Shown piece after piece: positions 58,871 through 64,000 of a stretch of 64,000 nt of DNA. A program made the position numbers and the translations under genes. The DNA is taken from positions 806,001-870,000 of the forward strand of contig MU057809.1 of assembly GCA_013265495.1 (NCBI GenBank), in the 5' to 3' direction. The notes under the pieces are model-generated. The model was not told the DNA's origin and ran no database searches. It saw nothing but the letters and a program-made list of their open reading frames with translations. Position 1 is the stretch's first letter. The number at the start of each line of letters is the position of its first letter. This DNA is from Vicugna vicugna. Taxonomy: Eukaryota.

Positions 58871-61699
58871 TGCCTGAGGAGTTCCGTACTGAACATGACA
58901 ATTCTCTGATGCCTCAGAGACACCCAAGGGCAGGTGTCACTAGAGAAGTGGGAGCCCGAGGGAGGGAGCCCGGGAGGGACCCCCGGGCCTTGCAGGCGCC
59001 TCCCCTCTGGACAGAGGCAGCCTGATCTCCCCAAGAGCGTTCCCAGCCCCCCGCTTCCCGAGCCGGCGCCTTGCCCGGCTCTCCGCCCACGTGGGAGCAG
59101 AGGCTGTCCCCACAGCGGTGCAGAGGGCTGCAGGGGGTGCTGGTGGGCTGGCGACGATGCTGGAGATCCGGCCCCGGCCCCAGCCCGTGTCAGGTCTGCC
59201 CTGGGCCCGGGACACGGCGGATGCCGAGTCCAAGTGGCGGGCCCACCTGGGGACATGGCACAGGCGAGGCAGAGCTGGGCCTGCAGTGGCCAGGGGACGG
59301 GCAGGCACACCCCTTCCCCTGCCCCGTCTGCATGCACACCCGGAGATTCAATTATGGGACTTCCTTACAGCCCCAATTAGACACCTACTTGACGGCACTG
59401 CCCTTTCCTAACTGACACTGGAATAAACAGACAGCGTGGGGGGAGAAGGGCCCGGGACACACGGCGATTTAAGTGCCAGCCAGTCCTCCACAAAGTGCAC
59501 GGGCTGGAAGCCGTCGGGGGTGGGTGCTGCCCGGGGCCTGTCGGGGGCTTGCTCGACCTCTCGGCAGGGGCTGCGCCCGGCTCTGGCACCCACAGGTGGG
59601 CTGACCCCGTCTGGTTCCCGCCCCCTGCTGCAGGGGCTCTGCTGAGCCAGGGCGGCCTCAGGGCCTGGAGCCAGCGGAGAACACGGGAGAAGCCACATCA
59701 GGGACAGTGACGCCTGTCCCAGCAGCTCTTGGCAGCAGCGATGACATGCGCCTGCTGTGACCCCCGCCAGCAAAGACAGTGACCTCCTGCCATCCACTCT
59801 CAGGAGAGTCTGTGCAGACACTGCCTCACACCGCCCCAAGGGCACAGACGGGAAGCTGGGGTTCAGAGAAGGGCCGGGCCCTGCCCGGGCCACCCAGCCC
59901 TTAGGCAGTGGGACAGGAACGGAATCCAAGTCTTCTGAGCCCTGGGCCACCCGGCGACTCCCACCAAAGCCAAAGGCACCTGGGCTTCAGGGCCTTCTCT
60001 GGGGCCCAGGGCTCCTGGCCCAGAAGGTGGATGCTTTAATCCAAGCCGGCGGGTGGCGTCTGCGACTGAGCTGGGGGAGCCGTTTCCATCCCTGCAAACC
60101 CAGAGGAGGCCCTGGTGGACAGGCGCTGCGGCTGGGCCAGTGGAGTTGCTGACACGGGCAGCCGTCAGGGTCACTGCACGCACGGGCGCTATGCTATGAC
60201 GACACTTTCACAGCGGCTGGGCGGAGGGATGGGCCTCAGCTCAGGGCAGAGGGGACAGGCCTGGGCCAGGAGCTGGCCCAGGGTGGCACAGCGGGCTGTG
60301 CTGCCTGCTCTGACACCCCCAGCCCGGACACAGGATTTCGGAGGCTGGACCACTGGCAACAGAGGACAGCAGCTCCTCCTTCACTGGCCCCAGGGGCTCT
60401 GTCCTCTGGCACCCAATCAATGTAGATGAACAAAGAGAAATGCATGGAGGTACAGGTCCAAACCACCCCAGGGCTGGGGAGCCTCCCGCACTCCGCCTCC
60501 AGCTTTCCGTCTGTCCGTCTGCCCCTGAGCACCTTGGGCTGGAGCTGGGCAAGGCTCTGGTGGCCAGACAGAGCAGCTCCCAGAGTCGGAGGGGCCTCGG
60601 GGCGTGCAGCCCAGCCCCTGGCACCGCTCCTGCCACCCTTGGACCGAGGCCCTCCTGCTGCCCAAGCTCACCCTGGGGGCCGGGGTCAGAAGCTGTCCGG
60701 TGCAGGGGGTGGGGGTGGGGAGCAGAGCATCCTTGGGAGGACGCAGGAGTTGGGGGAGACTGAGACGCCGACTGGGCTGCTCTGGGTGCAGACCCAGGGC
60801 CCAGGCTGGACTGAAGAGCAGGGTCCCGGGGACCCTGTTCAAGGAGAGTGGATGGAGTTTTGGTGCAGAGACGGCGAGGATCTCCCCCGACTCCTCCCTT
60901 CCAGACACAGCTCTGCACCCGGAAGGGACGGCGACCAGCAGGGAGCCTCACGAGCCCATTCAACAGAGTCAGGTGTCCTGGACCCCGTGGTTCCGGACCC
61001 TGCCCGCAGCAGACGGGGTGGGGGGCCCTCCTGGGATGGGGGCCGTCAGGGGTTCCGCGTCCTGGCACTCCCGTCGCCCACCCAGAGACACGGAATGCGG
61101 CGGAGCCGAAAATTCGCCTTCCAAGTAATTCATACCTTCAACACAGTGTCAGTAAGGAACAAGCCCTCAACTGCTTTTTCTTGTACTTACAAAATTCATT
61201 TAGAGCAATAAACAGGTAAGAAAATCTAGGTAAGAAAGAGCAGGGGAAATGCCTTGCTCTGCACCAAATACGAAAGCACACTTTCAGTTGTAACGACTAA
61301 AAACACGGCAGAAGAATGAACCAGAACGACAGAAAGCACCGGCACAGGCCCTGTTGCGCCAAAGAGCTTGCCGCAGATGAGGACGCACCACAAACCAGGG
61401 CAGCGAAGGCCCAGGGCACCCGCCTGGCGGCCCGGGAGCAGGCCGCCCTGAGCCTGGCCTTGCACTGCACGCCAGGGTAAGTTCCACGTGGATTAGATCT
61501 TTAAGTGGAAGAAGATAAGCCAAAACGCCCCATCAGAAAACAGAATTTTTTATCGAATCACTAGAGAAGGCTCTAAGTGTAAAGCGATGGAAGTAACAGA
61601 CGAGGTTCCAAAATCAGCTGAAACTTTCTACACAAAGTAACCACACAGGAAAACGAGAAGTTAAGCCTCTGTACAAACAGAATAAAACGAGACAGAAGG

Positions 61700-61890
61700 G
61701 GGGAGGGTGCAGCTCAAGCGGCGGAGCACAAGCTTAGCACGCAGAGGTCCCGGGTTCACCCCCCAGTGCCTCCTCCAAAAATAGATAAGGAAACCTAAGT
61801 ACCTCCTCCCACCGACAAAAATAAATACATACATAAAAATATACCAAAAAAAAAAAAAAAAAGAAAAGAGAGAGAAAGAAGGAAAAAAAA
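61700..61890 (+). mobile_element. tRNA-derived SINE, Vic-1-like (camelid), long form with A/AG-rich tail
   Basis: GGGGAGGGTGCAGCTCAAGCGGCGGAGCACAAGCTTAGCACGCAGAGGTCCCGGGTTCACCCCCAGTGCCTCCTCCAAAAATAGATAAGGAAACCTAAGTACCTCC, then poly(A) and AG runs leading into an N gap. Confidence 0.85.
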
Positions 61891-61904
61891 NNNNNNNNNN
61901 NNNN
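61891..61904. other. Assembly gap (14 N) in the SINE tail
   Basis: Run of n between poly(A) tracts. Confidence 0.99.
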
Positions 61905-62819
61905 ACCCAAAAAAAAAAAAGGAGAGAGAGAGAGAGAAGGGACGAGGCCACGTGGAGAAGAGGGAGCAAGTTTTCTTCCTGATTAGTCATCAAGGAAACG
62001 CACGTTAACATGAGACAGCAGTTTTATTTTAAAAACTTCAAAAATAGGCAGTAAAACCGACATTTTGGGGTGTACGTTCTGCGAGGGCTAACACGGGGAC
62101 CAGGGACCGGTCTGCATGAGGCCATGACCGTGGAGATCTAGCCGGCCCGCCACCTGGAGTCACTCCCTCCACAAGTGCCCCAGCCCCACGCCTGCACACT
62201 TGTGACGCCCGGCCTGTCCCCAACCCGCTTCTCTGCTCCTTCCAGGACACGTGCACCCTGCCCCCCACGCTGCCCCTAAAGCCCTTTCCCTAGACGAGTG
62301 CCCGACGGACGGACGGTGAGTCAGGGCCGAGGGGACGCGTGCAGGTGGAGCCACAGCCTCTCCCCCAGTCACCTGCTAACGGACAGCTGTGCCGTTAACA
62401 GTTTCCGGTGACTCTCCCGGACCCTGCTAATAAAAACTCACAAGTGCCAGGTCTGGGGAAGAGGAGGAAAGTACATCAACGCTGCCTTCCAGGACCGGAG
62501 AGAACCCTGGATCCGCGACCGCTGACCCGGAGGAGTCAAGTCCAGGCGGACGGAGGAAGGCCCCGGGCTTCCCGGTGTTGCAAGCAGAGGGGAGTCTCCT
62601 GAATTGGCCGCAGTTAGTCTCTGGGTCAGCTTGGGCGGAAAGGACATCTTCGCGCTGGTGAGTGTCCCCCGCGGACGCGGGACGTCTCTCTGCTTACTTA
62701 GATCTCCTTTGACCTCCTGCTCGATGGCTGTGGTTCTCAGCAAACAGGTCTGGCACGTGTTTTGTTAGAACTGCACCTTGGAACTTCATTATGGGGAGAG
62801 TGGGGAGAAACAGTACTTA

Positions 62820-63560
62820 CGTTTTAAATTTCAGTTCCCACACGTTCGTTGCTAGTACGTACCACGTACATACAACAAGCACACGCATCGCGTGAGGTGA
62901 CGTGGGCAAGGCTGCAGGACACAGAGCAACACACAGAAACCAGCGCCGACTCATCGCGTGTTTTTCCTAACTCGGGATTGTCTACGTAGATGAACGCGCC
63001 ATCTGCAAAGACGAGGTTCTGCTCCCGCCTCTTCCCCTCCTGCGGTCCAGGACCTCCACACGTCCGCTTGGGCTGCTGAGTGACCACCGTCTTTGCCTGG
63101 GTTCTGGGCTGGGACCAGCAGGGCGACGCCAGGCGGGGGGCCCTGTGGACGGCCCCCTGGTGAGGAAGCTCCCTCTTCCCCTCGTTCGCTGCGTTCTGCG
63201 GGCGCTCGGTTTTGCCAGCGCTTCCAGGCCGCCGGCTGACTCGATCGCGCGGGGCTGCTGGGCTGTATCGCCTGACAGTTGACTGGAGAACCAGCCCTGC
63301 GTTCCTGGAACAAGTTAATGATTTCCTGCAGGTTCTGTTTTTCGCCTTGATACTGATTTTTGAAATTAGGGTCATATTTGTTTCATAAAAGGAGTTGAAA
63401 GCGCTGTCTATTCAATTTCTTGAAGAGCCTGTGCAATCCAGTGTTAATTCTTCCTTGCGTGTTAGCCGGAATCCACCAGTGAAATCAGCTGGGCTGAAGA
63501 CTCTTTTTTGAAAGCTCTGTGATTTTGGATGCGATCTGCTTAACAGTTCCAGGACTTTCC
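62820..63560 (-). mobile_element. Ancient L1 ORF2 reverse-transcriptase remnant
   Basis: Minus-strand ORF 62824..63375 contains NLVFADGAFIYVDNP (L1 RT LSLFADDMIVYVENP, with the catalytic FADD degraded to FADG) and ends TSNERVGTEI (L1 TSNEQLENEI). Plus-strand gaatccaccagtgaaatcagctgggctga is a typical antisense ORF2 block. Confidence 0.8.
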
Positions 63561-64000
63561 AGAGTGTCTGCTGCCGCCGGGTGAGGCTCACGGCACGGGT
63601 GCGCCCAGGGGTGCTGCTGTCTGGGCTCTGGTACCACTCAGCCCGGACGTAAAGGCACCTGAAGCCTGGAAGTGAGCCTCGGACGCAGACAGAGCAGGTT
63701 GGGAGAAGCCCCGCTTTCCGGCCTGAGATGGATGTACAGAAATCCTGCTTTTCTTCTTTTTTCCCTCCTCTTCTCTCCTGGCCCCAGGCAACCCTGCGGA
63801 GCTGTGGCTGCGGTGGACAGACGCCTTGAGGGGATCCTCTGACCGGCAGGGCTGTGGCCCTAGGAGAGCAGGGGTGGGGCTGGCCACCCCTGGCGGTGGC
63901 CGTGATGCTGCTGCGGCTGTGAGACGTGTGTGGGAGGGGAGGGGATGCAAAGGCCCGGACTTCCGGCCGGAGGTCTGCTGGGGGCGCCCTGGGGACCGGG

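Larger units (their letters stand above)
61120..62160 (+). mobile_element. Ancient L1 (L1ME-like) ORF2 3' remnant, interrupted by the SINE at 61700 and an N gap
   Basis: caaaattcatttagagcaataaac...taagttccacgtggattagatctttaagtg...tagtcatcaaggaaacgcacgttaacatgagac. Confidence 0.6.
46937..64000 (-). other. MAD1L1: 3' part of the preceding MAD1L1 intron (upstream exon outside the window)
   Basis: No MAD1 sequence corresponding to the previous exon (GDYDQSRTKVLHMSLNP... in human) appears in any minus-strand ORF up to 64000. Confidence 0.88.

Noticed and set aside
62824-63375. ORF with an RT-like FADG motif, considered as a possible domesticated reverse transcriptase
   Set aside because: The catalytic DD is broken, the segment is internally inverted and the rest is degenerate: a dead L1 remnant.
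1-64000. CRISPR arrays, operons, or prokaryotic or viral systems
   Set aside because: No regularly spaced repeat-spacer array and no viral or prokaryotic genes; the window is spliced mammalian gene and repeat DNA.

Overview
Vertebrate (mammalian) genomic DNA, very GC- and CpG-rich. It holds the 3' end of MAD1L1 (mitotic spindle checkpoint protein MAD1) on the minus strand. The penultimate coding exon is 46746-46936 (191 nt), followed by a 34.8 kb intron (11960-46745), the last coding exon at 11801-11959 (stop TAG) and a poly(A) signal at 11328-11333. Positions 46937-64000 are part of the preceding intron; the next exon upstream lies outside the window. Positions 1-~11300 are downstream intergenic DNA (in human the neighbour on this side is ELFN1; no ELFN1 coding sequence is seen here). 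Two tRNA-derived SINEs resemble the camelid Vic-1 family, so the source is probably a camel, alpaca or llama. The rest is decayed L1, L2, MIR and MER33 remnants plus short AT-rich non-repeat islands. Almost all ORFs in the supplied track are artefacts of high GC. I found no new protein-coding system. The most interesting signals are: patchy, strongly AT-to-GC-biased decay of repeats (candidate footprints of GC-biased gene conversion); a candidate cryptic exon and intronic poly(A) signals that would truncate the MAD1 C-terminal domain; POU/homeodomain motif islands; and a micro-inversion inside an L1 reverse-transcriptase remnant. Repeat boundaries are approximate, and repeat family calls rest on consensus sequences recalled from memory, not on a search.
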